A stretch of 48,117 bases of DNA, the filler included, from Jimgerdemannia flammicorona (Eukaryota): NCBI GenBank assembly GCA_003990765.1. It is 2 parts of 2 records of this genome, joined end to end, with 100 filler letters (N's around TTAATTAATTAA, not from the genome) between each part and the next. Parts side by side here need not be neighbours in the genome. Positions count along the whole stretch, not along the records: positions 1 to 24,009 come from RBNJ01001034.1; 1 more part is not named here. One strand, given 5' to 3'. Positions within the stretch are counted from its first letter, which is position 1; each line of letters begins with the position of its first letter. Below are positions 1 to 12,600 of the stretch, piece by piece. Below the pieces are notes generated by a model, which was not told where the DNA came from, searched no databases, and saw only the letters and a list, made by a program, of their open reading frames with translations. The translations under genes were made by a program, and so were the position numbers.

Positions 1-1840
1 GAGCATCCAGTGCCCCCAAGATCTCCTGACACTCCACCCTGTCCACCTCCTCCATATCTGCCCTATAATCTAAGCAGACGGCGCGCCACTTCTCCAGTCC
101 CTTCCTTGAGTTCCACAAGACAAGTGCCCTCTCACTCGCAATCTGTCTAAGTTCCTCCTCACGCTGATCATCAACCTGATATTCAACCGACTCCAAGAGG
201 ACCACCAGGATCTCATTCCTCATCTTCCTCGGCACCTCTTCCCCACGTAGAATCTCCTCCCAATGCCTCTCCTCCATCACCCTGAAGTCCTCACCCCCCA
301 ACTCTTCAGCTGCTACCCCTTCCAGGGTCTTCCACATCCACTTCTCCTCATCGACCGCCTCTGCCGCCCCCTGAGCAATTCGTCCCCCATCCACCTCGGG
401 GTCCACCAATGCGCTCCTCCTAACGGACTCATCCCACTCCTCATCCGGCACATCCATCAGCTCCTCCTCGCCTCCCACCCCATTCGGCACACTATACTGA
501 GGGCACCCACCATCCCCCATTTCGGCATCCACCTCAAGGTTAACCTCCCTCTCCTCCCCGCCTCCAATCAGAGCCCCGCCCTGGGCCAACTCTCCTCCTT
601 CCGCCCAGACACTCTCCTGCAACCCTGCAGCTCCCTCCCTGGAGCTTCCACCAGCCCTACCCCCATCCAACTTCGCCAACAACTCCTTCTGAATCCTCCT
701 CCCCTGCATCTTCTCCCAGGCCCCTTTCTCCATCCGAACCCTCTTCCCATCCACCTCTCCCACCACCGTCCTGGCCTCAAACTCCTTCCAGGCTAATCTC
801 CTCCTTGCGACAGCCCCTTCCAGGTCCTCCAGAGCTTCCAGCAAGTCCTCCTCCTCCTCCTGAGTTCCCTTTACCCTAGCGACCTTACACTCCACTGGTC
901 CCCACCTCAGCGCTGCTGGCCAGTCCCTCGACTTCCCCGTATTCTCCTTTCCAGCCAGTCTCACCCTGACATCGACATCTCCAGTTCGAAGCTCCGTGCC
1001 CTCCCAGACCTTGAACCCCATGTCCACAATCTCGCCATACTCCTTTATCGCCTCTACAACCAACTCCCTGGTCCTTTCCTTCGACACCGTAGGGAGGTCC
1101 AACACTGTCAACTGCACCACCCGGGGGTCCCAGCGCATACACCGAGCCATAGGGACCACCACCCCACCAACCATCACCCCCTTCTCCATGGCTGCCAACA
1201 AGGCATCCTCCTCCTCAAACCCCACTTCAACCCCTTCCTTTCCCCTCAAAAATTTCACCGACGCTGCTCCCTTAGCCTCCTGCGCCACCAGCCCCAAAAT
1301 CATCCTTACCGTCACTGCCAAGCCCCGGAAGCACATCGTGACCGCGAATTCGGACCTCGACTTCTTGAGTAATGGGGCCGACACCATGCCCGTCACCCCA
1401 TCCGCCAGGTCCCCGGGCCTCGTGCCCACTCCACATCCCGAATTGCCAACCGCTGTCACATCTGGATTTTTTGCCAGATCCCCAGTCACAGCCCCATCAG
1501 CCGTCACATCTCCAGCCCCTACTCCGGCCCCTTCCCTACCACCAGAAGCACCCTGGGGTGCACCTCCTTGACCCCCAGTAGTAGCCATCAACGCCTTCCC
1601 CAGGCCCAGCCAACTATCCAGCCCAGAAGCCATCGCCCCCATCCTGACCTTGTCAGCAAAGGTCGTCCTCTCCCCTCCTCTCTGCCTCAGACCTCCCCTT
1701 CCTCCGCCACTGGGGCCCCGGCTAGCCATCGAAGCCCCTGGCATCCCCAAACCATCTCCCCTCCTCCCCACCTGCTGCCAGCCAAAGGCGCCACCACCTC
1801 CCTGGCCAGTACGCTCACCAGATCGATCGTCGCTGTCCAT
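1..1840 (-). CDS. LINE ORF1 protein (Gly-rich N-terminus, RRM-like core), open frame of >610 codons, 3' incomplete
   Basis: Manual translation from ATG 1840 (MDSDDRSGERTGQGGGGAFGWQQ...DLAKNPDV...GVEVGFEEE...YGEIVDMGFKVWEG...ADMEEVDRVECQEILGALDA) found no stop before the window edge. It is absent from the ORF track, probably because it lacks a stop. Confidence 0.8.
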   Translation of the reverse strand, partial: MDSDDRSGERTGQGGGGAFGWQQVGRRGDGLGMPGASMASRGPSGGGRGGLRQRGGERTTFADKVRMGAMASGLDSWLGLGKALMATTGGQGGAPQGASGGREGAGVGAGDVTADGAVTGDLAKNPDVTAVGNSGCGVGTRPGDLADGVTGMVSAPLLKKSRSEFAVTMCFRGLAVTVRMILGLVAQEAKGAASVKFLRGKEGVEVGFEEEDALLAAMEKGVMVGGVVVPMARCMRWDPRVVQLTVLDLPTVSKERTRELVVEAIKEYGEIVDMGFKVWEGTELRTGDVDVRVRLAGKENTGKSRDWPAALRWGPVECKVARVKGTQEEEEDLLEALEDLEGAVARRRLAWKEFEARTVVGEVDGKRVRMEKGAWEKMQGRRIQKELLAKLDGGRAGGSSREGAAGLQESVWAEGGELAQGGALIGGGEEREVNLEVDAEMGDGGCPQYSVPNGVGGEEELMDVPDEEWDESVRRSALVDPEVDGGRIAQGAAEAVDEEKWMWKTLEGVAAEELGGEDFRVMEERHWEEILRGEEVPRKMRNEILVVLLESVEYQVDDQREEELRQIASERALVLWNSRKGLEKWRAVCLDYRADMEEVDRVECQEILGALDA

Positions 1841-1920
1841 ATTGTTATTCGCTGGACACCAAAAACGTTGTAGAAAGTGTTGTCTGAGTCTTGTGTAACC
1901 TGAATGTTACCGGAGAAAGA
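1..1920 (-). mobile_element. L1/Tx1-like LINE copy A (5' end and ORF1), young and CpG-rich, runs off the window
   Basis: 5' end reads TCTTTCTCCGGTAACATTCAGGTTACACAA on the minus strand, nearly the same as the 5' end of copy B. ORF1 is colinear with ORF1 of copies B, C and D. Confidence 0.85.
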
Positions 1921-2032
1921 TGTGCCACCACCCTTTCCTTGTCAACCTCATACTCCTTCTCCTCCAGAAGAATTGCAAGCACATTCCCCTTCAGAGCTGC
2001 CACTACTCTATCACCATGCAGGATCCATTCCC
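1921..2032 (-). mobile_element. Short ORF1 fragment of LINE copy C trapped between copies A and B
   Basis: Encodes WILHGDRVVAALKGNVLAILLEEKEYEVDKE. This matches QILQGDGVMMVLKAEILVVYLEEEGYEVDKE in copy B and continues the copy C frame that breaks at ...ILHG near 7895. Confidence 0.7.
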
Positions 2033-2110
2033 TCTCTCTGGTACCATTCAGGTTACACAACCTTTGGAAGGCACTTATAATATCGTTTTTAGAGAAAAGA
2101 GACTAGCAAC

Positions 2111-4123
2111 ATGGTGACCAACAGGCAATCTGAGCAAGGTGGCCTGAGTGCTTTTGAATGGCAGCAGGCAGAAAGGGGCCCAGGCCTGGGGGGGGGTATG
2201 AGGGGGCTACTGGTGGAAGGATGTGGAAGGGGTGGAGGTATTGGTGGAGGCCAAGGGTCTGGGAGGGCGAGCTTTGTGGAGGCGGTGAGGGGAAGACAGC
2301 AGGCATTGGAGCTGGAGGGCTGGCTGAGGAAGGGCAAGGAGAATGAGCAGGTGGCAGGGTATGGGGGAGTAGTCCTTGGAAGGGGGAGCAGTGGAGCTGA
2401 GGAAGTAGTAGCTGGGGGGAATGTGACTGCTAATGGCAATGGGACTGCCAATCTGGAAAAAAATCCAGATGTGATAGCTGATGGTGAGACTGAGTGGCTG
2501 AGGCTTAGAAGACAAGGGGATTTGGCAGATGGTATGATGGGCCTGGCAGTGGCCCTATTACTCAAAAAATCAATCTTGGCATTCATGGTTACACTGTGCT
2601 TCCAGAGCCTAGTGGTGATGGCAAAAATGATACTGGGGCTTATCGCTAAGCAGATGGCAGGAGCTGCATCAGTGAAGTTTTTAAAGAGACTGGAGGGTGT
2701 GGAGGTGGGTTTTGAGGAGGCTGAGTCACTGAAGGAGGCACTGAAGATTGGGTTGGTAGGTGGGGAGGTGTGTGTTCTGATGGCATGGTGCCTGAAATGG
2801 GATCTGAGGGTGATCCAACTGCTGGTGAAAGGAGTGCCCACAGTGATGGTGGGGGAGATAAGAAAGAGAGTTGAAGAACTCATGGCAGAATATGGAGAGG
2901 TGGTGGATATCAGTTTCAGGGTCTGAGAAGGGACCTCGCTCAGGACTGGTGATGTGGATGTGAGGATTTGGCTGGCTGGGAAAGAAGCTACTGAGAAGGT
3001 GAGGGACTGGCCTTCAGTGATGGTCTGGGGAGTGATTTTGTACAAGGTGATGAGGGTGAAGGGAAGTAAGGAGGAGGAAGAGGATTTATTAGAAGTACTT
3101 GAAGAATTGAGTAGTGCTGTGGAGCAGTGAGCTAAGGCTTGGAAGGCCTTTATAGAGTCAACACACTTGGAGATGGTAGATGGAAAGCAGATTTGAGTGG
3201 ACAGGGTGTAGTGGAAAAGGGTGCAGAGATATATGAGACAGAGGGATCTGCTGGCTAAACTGGGAGGTGGACTACTGGAGGATGGGGACAAGATGACAGG
3301 CATGGAGGAGGCCAAAGTAAGTGTCTGGGCTGGTGAGAGGGGTGGAAATAACAGGAAGGTGATAGGGAAGGAGAAGGAGGTGAGAGTTGGTGACCCATAT
3401 GCTGATGGTATCTTTGAGGTTTGAGAGGAGGCCTGGGAAGACTCCCCCACCCCTTCTCCTCTTATCAGGTGAGACCCAGCTTCCTGAAACAAGGTAGTGG
3501 AGGATGTGGCAATGCAGTGGGCTCAAAGGGTGAAATTCAGTATTCCAGAGGTGCTGAATGGGGAATATGTGGTGGTGGCTGGAGAGGAGGAACTGGTGGA
3601 TGTCCCTGAGGTGTGGGATGAGGCTGCAAGTGCTGGAGCTGACACCACAATGCTAGACAGAGAGAGGCCAGCGACCCCTGGAGGGAAGGAGGTGGGGAAC
3701 CTACTTTGGATATACAGGATGATGAATAACCTGGCAGCAGAAGAGTTGGGAGAGGTGGACTTACAAGTGATGGGTGATGAAAACTGAGTGCAGATATTGC
3801 AGGGGGATGGAGTGATGATGGTACTAAAGGCAGAAATTCTTGTGGTATATCTGGAGGAGGAAGGGTATGAGGTGGACAAGGAGCAGAAGGCAGACATGGT
3901 GGTTGTTGCTGGGGAGAGGGCTGAATACTGCTGGAATAAGTATCATGGATTGCAGCTTTGGCAGGAGGCTTGCATTGAGTACCAGGAGGAGTTTGAGGAG
4001 AAGGTAGATGGAGAGATAAATGAGCTGTTGGCTGGATTAGAGGCTCAGAGGGCTGAAGAGAAGGAGGTGATGGCAGAATATAATCTGGACATAGCACAGG
4101 AAGAGATGAACATGGAGCAGTAG
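2111..4123 (+). pseudogene. LINE ORF1 of copy B, interrupted by stops
   Basis: ORF pieces 2111-2926, 3221-3424, 3497-3787 and 3788-4123 are colinear with intact ORF1 of copy A. Confidence 0.85.
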
Positions 4124-4153
4124 AGATCAACTGATAACAAAACATACTTCATT

Positions 4154-7100
4154 ATGAACAGTACAACCAACATTTTTTCTTTGAATATGAATGGGTTATG
4201 GAGCACTGTTAGATATAGGAACATTTTTACTTGGTTAAAGAGATTGGAGGCTGATCTCTTCCTCATACAGGATATCAGGTGTGAGGATGACTCTGATAGG
4301 ATGGAATGGTCAAAGGAATGGGGAGGTATGGCAATTTGGAAAGACAAGGTTGGAATTCTGGTTCAGAAGGGCAGAGGGGAGATATGAGATGTGAGGAACT
4401 GGGGGGAGAGGCTGGTCTGGGGTGAGTGGATTCATGTGGGCTGGGAGCCAGTTACAGTTGGCTCCTGTTACTGCTCTGCCATCTGGAGAGAGTATGTCAA
4501 TTGGGTGAAGGGTCTTCAGGAGAGTGGGATCCTTATAGAGGCTGGAGTGGATGTGCTTGGGGGAGATTTCAATATGGTTTGGGATATACTGATAGATAGA
4601 ACCAATGAAGGACAGGGTGCTGAGAGCAGGAGTGGGGGACTGGTGATATGAGAGGAAGTAGAAAGACTTAGTGTACTGGTAGATGCTGGTAGGGAGTATT
4701 GGGGGGATAGAAGGGTTTATATGCATTGGGCTCAGGGCCTGGGGACTAGGATCGACTGGATTCTGACAGCTGGCTGCTGGGGACAAGATGTCTGGAAGTC
4801 ACTAGAGATGGAGTGGTGCCCATGGTCGGATCACTGGGGCCTTCTGGGACAGGGGTGCTTTGGGGGAAATGGGGATGGGCCTGGACATTGGTGCCTAAAT
4901 TCCTCTTTGTTAGATAACAAGTCTCAGTGGAATAAGTGGGCTAAAAACATTTAGCTGAGGGTGGAGAACTGGTGACATGAGGGCACTTCAATTGAGGTTT
5001 GGTAGATGAGGATGAAAGAGTTGGCCAGGATTTACTGGAGTGAGGCTGGCAAGGAGGCAGGGAAGCAGAGAAGGCATAGAGTGCAGTGGGCTTCTACTAG
5101 ATTGACTAGGCTTCTGGAGGAGTGGGCAAGACTAGCAATATTGGAAGGCGAAGATGATTGGAGAGTCTTGAGGGTGAAGATGGAGGTTGGGGAACTACAA
5201 CAGGTGCTGAAGGAAGAGGAAGAGGCAAGGGTGCAAAGCTTGGTGGTATGGCTTCATTGATAGGTACTAGAGGAAGGGGAGAGGCCTTCCAAGTTTCTCA
5301 TGAGGGCCCTTAGGGCAAGGGTACAGCAGCAGTGGAAAGGGGTACTTGACTCAGATGGTGTGCTAGTGCATGAGGTGCAGGGCATTCTTGGATCATTGAA
5401 GGAGCGATGGAGTGGATTGTAGAGTGAGGAGGAGGGTGGGGCAGATCCTGATGCCATTGACTGAACATTGAAGGATTAGCACCTGCCATAGGTAGAGGGG
5501 CTAGGTGACCTAGTGATACCTGTAATGGAGGATGAGATCCACCAGGTTCTTGTCATGATGACTCCAGGTATGGCACCTGGGGAGGATGATCTGCCCTGGA
5601 ACTTCTGGAAGCAAATGGTTGGAGTCCCAGGTGTGATAGGTGAGATGATGGCATTGTGTGACTCTATACTACAGACAGGGAGATGGGTGGGGGAGCAGGA
5701 CCTTGGGCTGGTGATGCTGCTCTATAAGAACAAAGAAAGGCATTCGGATTGGAAGAACTGGCAGCCAATAATGTTGCTAGATATGGACAGAAAGTTGGTG
5801 ACCAAGGTGGTGATTACAAGGCTACAGAAAATGGCCCAGCAAGTTGTGGGTATTGAACAGAGAGGATTCATGGGTGGTCAACTCATAAGAGATGGCACAG
5901 CCTGGGTATATGGAGTTATTGAAGGGGCTCGAGCCTGTGGACTGAATGGGCATCTAGTCTTCTTGGACTAGGAGAAGGCTTATGACTGGGTGTGATGAGT
6001 CTGGCTGGTGAAGGTACTGATAGAATAGGGGTGCCATGCGAATTTCGGACAGCAATGGTCAGCCTACTAGAAGGGAGTAGGGCTGCAATCATGTGTAATG
6101 GACATAGAGGGGTAGCATCCCCCCTGGGTAGAGGAGTGCCCCAGGGGGACCCACTGTCCCCTATTTTGTATGCCCTTTTCCTGGAACCTTTAATGGACAG
6201 AATTAGGCAGAGGATAGTAGGGCTCTCTATCTATGAAATTGGGTGGAAAGTTGGGCCCTTTGTGGATGACATAGTTGTTGGTTTAAGATCAATTACTGAT
6301 ATAGAGGAGCTCAAGAAGATAGTGGAGTGGTATGAGGAGAACTCTGGGGGTAAGTTGAATTGGCACAAGTGTGAAACAATGGTGCTAGGCAATGGACTGG
6401 TGGGAGGAGAAGTTATAGGAACAATCGTCCCCACCAGTGAGGCAGTGCGGTACTTGAGCATCTATTTGTCAGTCTATGGATTGGTTCTGTCCAGGCTTTG
6501 GTGGGAGCAGAGGATTGGCATTTGGGAGGAGGACCTGTGGGGTTGGGGGGGAAGGCACTTTTCTCTGGCAGGGCAGGTCTTGATCTTGAATGTATATTGG
6601 TTGCCAAAGCTGTAGTATTTGGCATATTACCTGGATTTCCCAGCCTGGGTAGTGAAGAGATTGTTGAAGGTGGCAAAGGGATGGATTTGGGTGGGCAGAT
6701 GGAGTCAGATTGGTTGGGAGACCTTATCTCTACCAGTGGCGAGAGGTGGTCTTGAGCTGGTGGACTTTCCCAAATGACTTCACTGCTTGAGGGCATGGTG
6801 GCTAAAGAGGGCAGTGGAGTTGTGAGGAGGAGGTTGGGTTCCCCTACTGTAGAAGATCTGGGAGAGGCAGGTATCACCAAGAGACTTGACTGGTAATCTC
6901 CTCTCACTGGTTGGACTTTGGAATACTGGACTATTGTGATATAAAGAATTCTGGTAGGGGATAGCAGAGGGGGCACACTGCATTGATATTTGCTGGCAGG
7001 GGAATGAGGGGGAGGTGACTTGGGACCCGGCAATGTGGAGATGAGATAGTATACTGCTGGGTGGCATTCCTTTAATTGAGTTCAACATTGGTGATGGGAT

Positions 7101-7806
7101 GGAATGCTAAAGGGGTCTAGGCCAGGATCTGTGGCCTAGCAGTTGATAAGGAGTTGGAATTGGAGAAGAGTGGAACTGGCATGGTGTTTGGACCTGGAGT
7201 GCCACGGTGTGTAAGTGGATGCCACCAAAGTACTGGGTGGTTTGGTAGTGCATGCTGCAGAGGAATATAATGCTCAACTTCCACTCAGGGCATCTTATTA
7301 TAGGGGGTTACTTTAACTGTGAGGAGTGCCATAATATAGGGCAGGAAGGGGGCTTTGTACAGATGCCAGAACATTGGCTAGGAGAGTGTGAGGTGTTGGG
7401 GGACTTTTGGCGGGCTATCAGGGAACACTTGGGGGTGTGGTGTAGGAGAGGTGAAGTACAGGAGAGGTGGGAGGACTTGAGGGATTGATTGGTAGAGGGG
7501 GTAGGAAAGGAATGGCTTATCTTAGGCTGGGTGGTGGCCATTTGGATGGGGCTGGCCAGTCACTGGCTATTTGTTTTTGAGGATGGAAGGAGGCAGGGCT
7601 TGGAGTGCCAGTTGTTGTGGTGGCAGAGTCTTATGAAAGACACCTTGATGGGCTGGTGGCTTGGTTGGGGGCTGCAGGGTGGTCAGAGGCACCACTTGGT
7701 GGAGAAAATCTGTGGACAGAGTGGTGGGAGAGTTGGAGTTGTTGGGGAGAGAGTGATCTTTATTTATAGGATGGTGGGGAGGGGCCCCCCTATGGGGATT
7801 GGGTAG
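4154..7806 (+). pseudogene. LINE ORF2 of copy B: APE endonuclease, reverse transcriptase and C-terminal Cys/His motif
   Basis: APE motifs SLNMNGL, LIQD, GGDFN, RIDWIL, SDH. RT motifs APGEDDL, NWQPIMLL, EQRGF, GVPQGDPLSP, FVDD. C-terminal CEEC...EHWLGEC. Confidence 0.92.
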
Positions 7807-7894
7807 TAGGTAGTGATATTGTATACTTATTCATAGACTGGTAATAAAGGGGGAGTCCAAGTGACTATAAAAAAAAAAAAAAAAAAAAAAAAAA

Positions 7895-9671
7895 TCTCCA
7901 TGCAGAATCATGCCCAATACTCCTCACTCATCATGCTCAGGTCTACTTCTCCCAACTCCTCAGCTATAAAGTCATTTATCATTCAGTGCATCCACAGTAG
8001 ATTCCTCACTTCCTTCCCTCTAGGCATTGCTGGCCTTTCAGTATCCAGTATTGTGATATCAGCTCAGCACTTACAGACTTATCCCACTTCTCCTCTGGGA
8101 CATCCACCAGCTTGTCCTTGCCAACTGCCACTATCTGACCCCCTTTTGCCACATCAGGGACTCCAAAGTGTACTTGCTGGGTACCCTGCATCAGCACATT
8201 CTCTGCCACCCCTCTCTTTACAGCTGGGCCCCTTCTGACAAGAGGGGGAATGTTATCCAAATCCTGCTCCCAGACTTCAAATGTACTATCTGCATAAGGA
8301 TCCTTGCTTGGCATCTTCCTAGTCCCCTCCTGGCCCTCCTCCACATCCCCTCCTCCTTTATTAGTCCAGACACTAGCTTTAGCCCCCCCAGACTCCTCAG
8401 CCCTACCCACATTCTTCTTTGTCTCTTCTTTTATACTTACCAATAGCTCCCTCTGCCTCTTGCACCCCTGGGCCCTCTTCCACTGCCTCTTGTCAGTGTG
8501 GATATGTTTTCCCTCTACAATCTCCAAAAGCATTAACTCTATATACCTCCTCCAAGCCTTTGCCCTCCTCTCTACTGCTCCACTCATCTCCTCAAGAGCT
8601 TCCAACAGATCCTCCTCCTCCTCCTCACTCCCTTTCACCCTCAACACCCTGTAAATGAAGGCTCTCCACATTATTACTGATGGCCAGTCACTCATTTTCC
8701 CTGTAGCCTCCCTCTCAGCCAGCCTAATCCTGATATCAACATTGCTATTCCTGAAAGTAATCCCCTCCCACAACTGAAACCCAATATTGATCACATCACT
8801 ATACTCTACCATCACCTCCTCCACCCTCCACCTAGTCTCCACTATCATCACCATAGGCACTCCCTTTACCAGCAACTGGACCACTCTGGGGTCCCACTCT
8901 AAACACTATACTATAGGGACCACCACCTCTCCTACTGCTACTCCAGTCTTCAATGCTTCCTCCAGTGGGCCTGCCTTCTCAAAGCCCACCTCAAACTCCT
9001 TCAGACCCTTCAGGAAATTCACCAAGATGGCCCCAGCCATTTGCTTTGAGATAATTTCCAGCACTATTCTCACCATCACTGCTAAGCCCCAGAAGTACAG
9101 AGTCACTGCAAACTGAGATCAACTTCTTGAGTAATAGTACCACTGCTAGCCCCATTACACCATTCACTAGGTTCCCCTTTCTCTTTGGGCCCATCTGTCC
9201 AGCCCTATCTCAATAGTCACATCTGGATTTTTTTCCAGATTCCCAGTCATACCCCCATCAGCAGTCCCACTATTACTCTCAGCAGCTACTCCACTAGCTC
9301 TACCCCCTGCCAGCTGAGGCCCAGTACCTCTAGTATCCCCAACCTTCTGCTTCCCCTTCCCTCCTGCCTGCCCACCCTGAGTTCTCACTGGCCAATCTCA
9401 AGCCCACAGCATGTCCACAAAGCTCCTCCCCTTCTGCCCTCCAGCCTCACCACTAGTACTGCTTCCACTTCCTGAGCTATCCTGCCCACTCAGGCCACCA
9501 AAGGACCCCATCCCAAGTCCATACACTCATCTGACATACTGCTATTCAAAGGCCTCAGGTCCACCTGACCTAGTATGCATATCTGCTTGCTTTCTGGTTG
9601 CCATTGCCTTAGTACCTTTCTCTAATAAACGACTTAAAAGTATGTTGTAAAAGTGTGTGCAACATGAATTG
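7895..9671 (-). mobile_element. LINE copy C (5' end and most of ORF1), decayed and interrupted by copy B
   Basis: 5' motif ATTCATGTTGCACA near 9669-9656 and ATG at ~9604. ORF pieces (NLEKNPDV, EVGFEKAG, VQLLVKGVP) are homologous to ORF1 of A and B. Confidence 0.85.
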
Positions 9672-12600
9672 TGAGCAATTAATCTCAGGCCAACCACTAT
9701 ATCATCTGCAAAGGCCCCAACTTTTCACTCAATTCCAAATACTGAGAATCTCTCTACCTTTAGCCAAATCCTGTCCATCAATGGCTGCAAGGATAATGCA
9801 TACAAAATAAGAGACAGTGGGTCCCTCTGGAGAACATCTCTGCCTAAAGAAAATGCTACCCCCTGATGACTATTGCATATAAGCACTGCCCTACTCCCTT
9901 TCAGTAGGTTAATCATTACCACTCAGAACTACTGAGGGACACCAATCCTATCCAGTATCTTCACCAACCAGACCCATCTGATATAGTCATATACCTTCTT
10001 CTGATCCAGGAAGACTAATCTCCCATCCAGCCCACAGGCTAGAGCCCCTTCAATGATGCCATAAACCTAATCTGTATTATCTCTAATAAGCTGGCCCTCT
10101 ACAAAACCTTGTTGCTCCTCATCCAAAACTTAATGGGTCATCTTCTGCAGTCTTACAACCATCATCTTGATGATCAACTTTCTGGCTATATCCAGAAGCA
10201 TAATAGGTTACCAGTTCTTCCAGTCCTCTCTCCTGCTCTTATCCTTATATAGTAGTACCACCAGCCCCTGATCCTGCTCTCCCACCCACTTCTCTGACTG
10301 TAATAAAGTACCATCAACTCTTCAAGCACTCCAGGACTCTCCCCATCTTCTTCCAGAAGTCCCAGAGCAGACCATCCTCTTCTAGTACTGTGCCTAGTAT
10401 AGTTATAACAAGAACCTGACAAATCTCCTCCTCTTGTACTGGCCAAACCAAGCTGCCAAGCCCATCTACCAGTGATGGGTGCCAATCCTCCAAAGTATGT
10501 TCTAGAGTGGCAGCATCAGCCCCACCCTCCTACTCACTCTACAAACCACTCCACCTCTCCTTTAGTAAGTCTAGAATATCTTAAGGACTATATACCAATA
10601 GCCCATCAGCATCTAGTACCCCCTCCCACCTCTGCCTCACTCTCCTCACCCAAAGGATTCTTGAGAGATACTTAGAGAGCCTCTCTCTCTCCTCTAGCCC
10701 CTGTCAGTGTAGCTATGTAGTCAAACTTCACACTCATGTCTTCTCCTCCTCTCTTAACACCTGTTATTGCTCAGCAATCTCCAGCTTGGCTCACATCAAC
10801 CTCCAGTCCTCTACTCCCTCCAGGGCCAAAAGACCTGCCCAATCTTCCTGAAGCTAGGCCAATCTAACAGAGACCCAGGTTACCTACCTCCTCCTCCATC
10901 TTTCTGCCACTCTGTCAGCCTCACTCTGGTAAACCCTAGCAGTCTCCTTCAACCACACCTATCAAATACCAACTGGGGCACCCTTATGTACCTAACTCTC
11001 CACTTTCTGCTAAATGTCCTTAGCCTAATTGTCCCACAACTCCTTCTCAGCCAACAAAGAGGAATTGAGGTACCAATGTCCAGACCCATCCCCCATACTG
11101 CCCATGCTCTATCAAGTCCAAATGGTGTGACCACAGATACCATTCAACCTCCAGGGACTTCCAGACATTCAGGCCCTAGCAATCAGATATCAGCACTTAG
11201 TCAATTCTAGTCCCCAGACCTCCCACCCAATGGGTATAGACCCTCCTATCTCCCCACATTGCCCTTCCAGTATCTACTAAGGAACAAAGCCACTCCACCT
11301 TCTCTAAGCCCTCCAGACTACCACTCCTGCCTCCTGTATTTTGCTCTCCATCTGTTCTATTCAACTGTCTCAAGTGTACCATATTGAAGTCTTCTCTAAG
11401 TATCTCCACTTTGCCTCTACAAGGACCCCACTATCTAATAGACTATCAATCCACTCTATATACTCACCTCTGACCACAGGGCAGTAGCAATATTCAACCA
11501 CAATTGACTCTCATCCAGGCTGACACCACTCTTCTCAAACAATATAATCTCCCCAGTTCCTGCTTTCACATACTTTCCCTTATCCTTTCTACACTAATAG
11601 CAACTGCCACTCTACTCCATTCCCTCATCCACTTCTATTGATCAATATCCTCCTCATATTACATATTCTATGAAAGAGAGAGATCAGCCTCTAATCTCCT
11701 TAATTAAGTAAAAATATTATGATGTCTCCCAGGCCACCTCAGGCTATTCACATTCAATGAGAAAATGTTGGTTATACTGTTTTATAGGGAATAATGTTAA
11801 TATTGATATATCCTCCTCACAACTCTATATCTGCTCTCTCTCTAGCCAGATTTAATACATATTCAGCAGTAGCCTCAGCCTCCTCAATCTGCTTGGTTTT
11901 CAGTCTAGCCAATAGCTCATTCAATACTACATCATTCTTCAACTATATCTCCTCCCAGTACTCTATGCAAGCCTCTTGCCAAATTTCTAATCTGTGCCTC
12001 AGTTTCAACCAGAAGCCTATATACTTCCTAGATACTGCCACCAACTCTGCTTCCCTTGCAACATTCATCTCATAGCTCTCCTCATTCAGATACACTGCCA
12101 GCACCTTCTTTGCTAGGGCCTCTATAATTCCATTTTTCTACAAAATTCCTGCCCAGTACTTCTTACTGATAACTCATAGGTCCATATCACCCAACTCCTC
12201 TACCACCAAGTTATTCATCATCCAGCACATCCACTGCAAGTCTCTAATCTCCTTGCCCCCAGAAGTTACTGGTTGGTTGGTCCCAAGCATCACAAAGTCT
12301 GCTCTAGCACTTACAGACTCATTTCACTCCTCCTTCCCAACCTCAACCATCTGCCCCCCACTCACTACCTCAGATCTCCAAATCTAATATAGTGAGTCCC
12401 CACTATCTCTACATCCTTACCAGCTATAGACCAGATGTCCCAATCCTTCCTTTCTATATCCTCATCCTCCTCTCACACCTCTAGTATATCATCATTATAG
12501 AGAGTCTGATCCCTCTCCTCCTAGTCTCTACTCATATTCTTCAGTACTCTCCCAACCTCCACCCCTGCCCAGATACTCTCCTTAGCTCTCCCAGTCTCCT

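Larger units (their letters stand above)
2033..7894 (+). mobile_element. Full-length but decayed L1/Tx1-like LINE copy B
   Basis: ORF1 ~2111-4123, ORF2 ~4154-7806, AATAAA at 7843-7848, and 3' end GTGACTAT plus a 26-nt poly(A) at 7869-7894. Many in-frame stops and frameshifts. Confidence 0.92.

Noticed and set aside
1891..2060. MITE with terminal inverted repeats
   Set aside because: The inverted repeats are the 5' ends of two divergent LINEs, and the interior is an ORF1 fragment.
2089..3492. 467-aa minus-strand ORF and similar Ser/Pro-rich ORFs (263-796, 996-1571, 3537-4145)
   Set aside because: Antisense shadows of purine-rich LINE ORF1.
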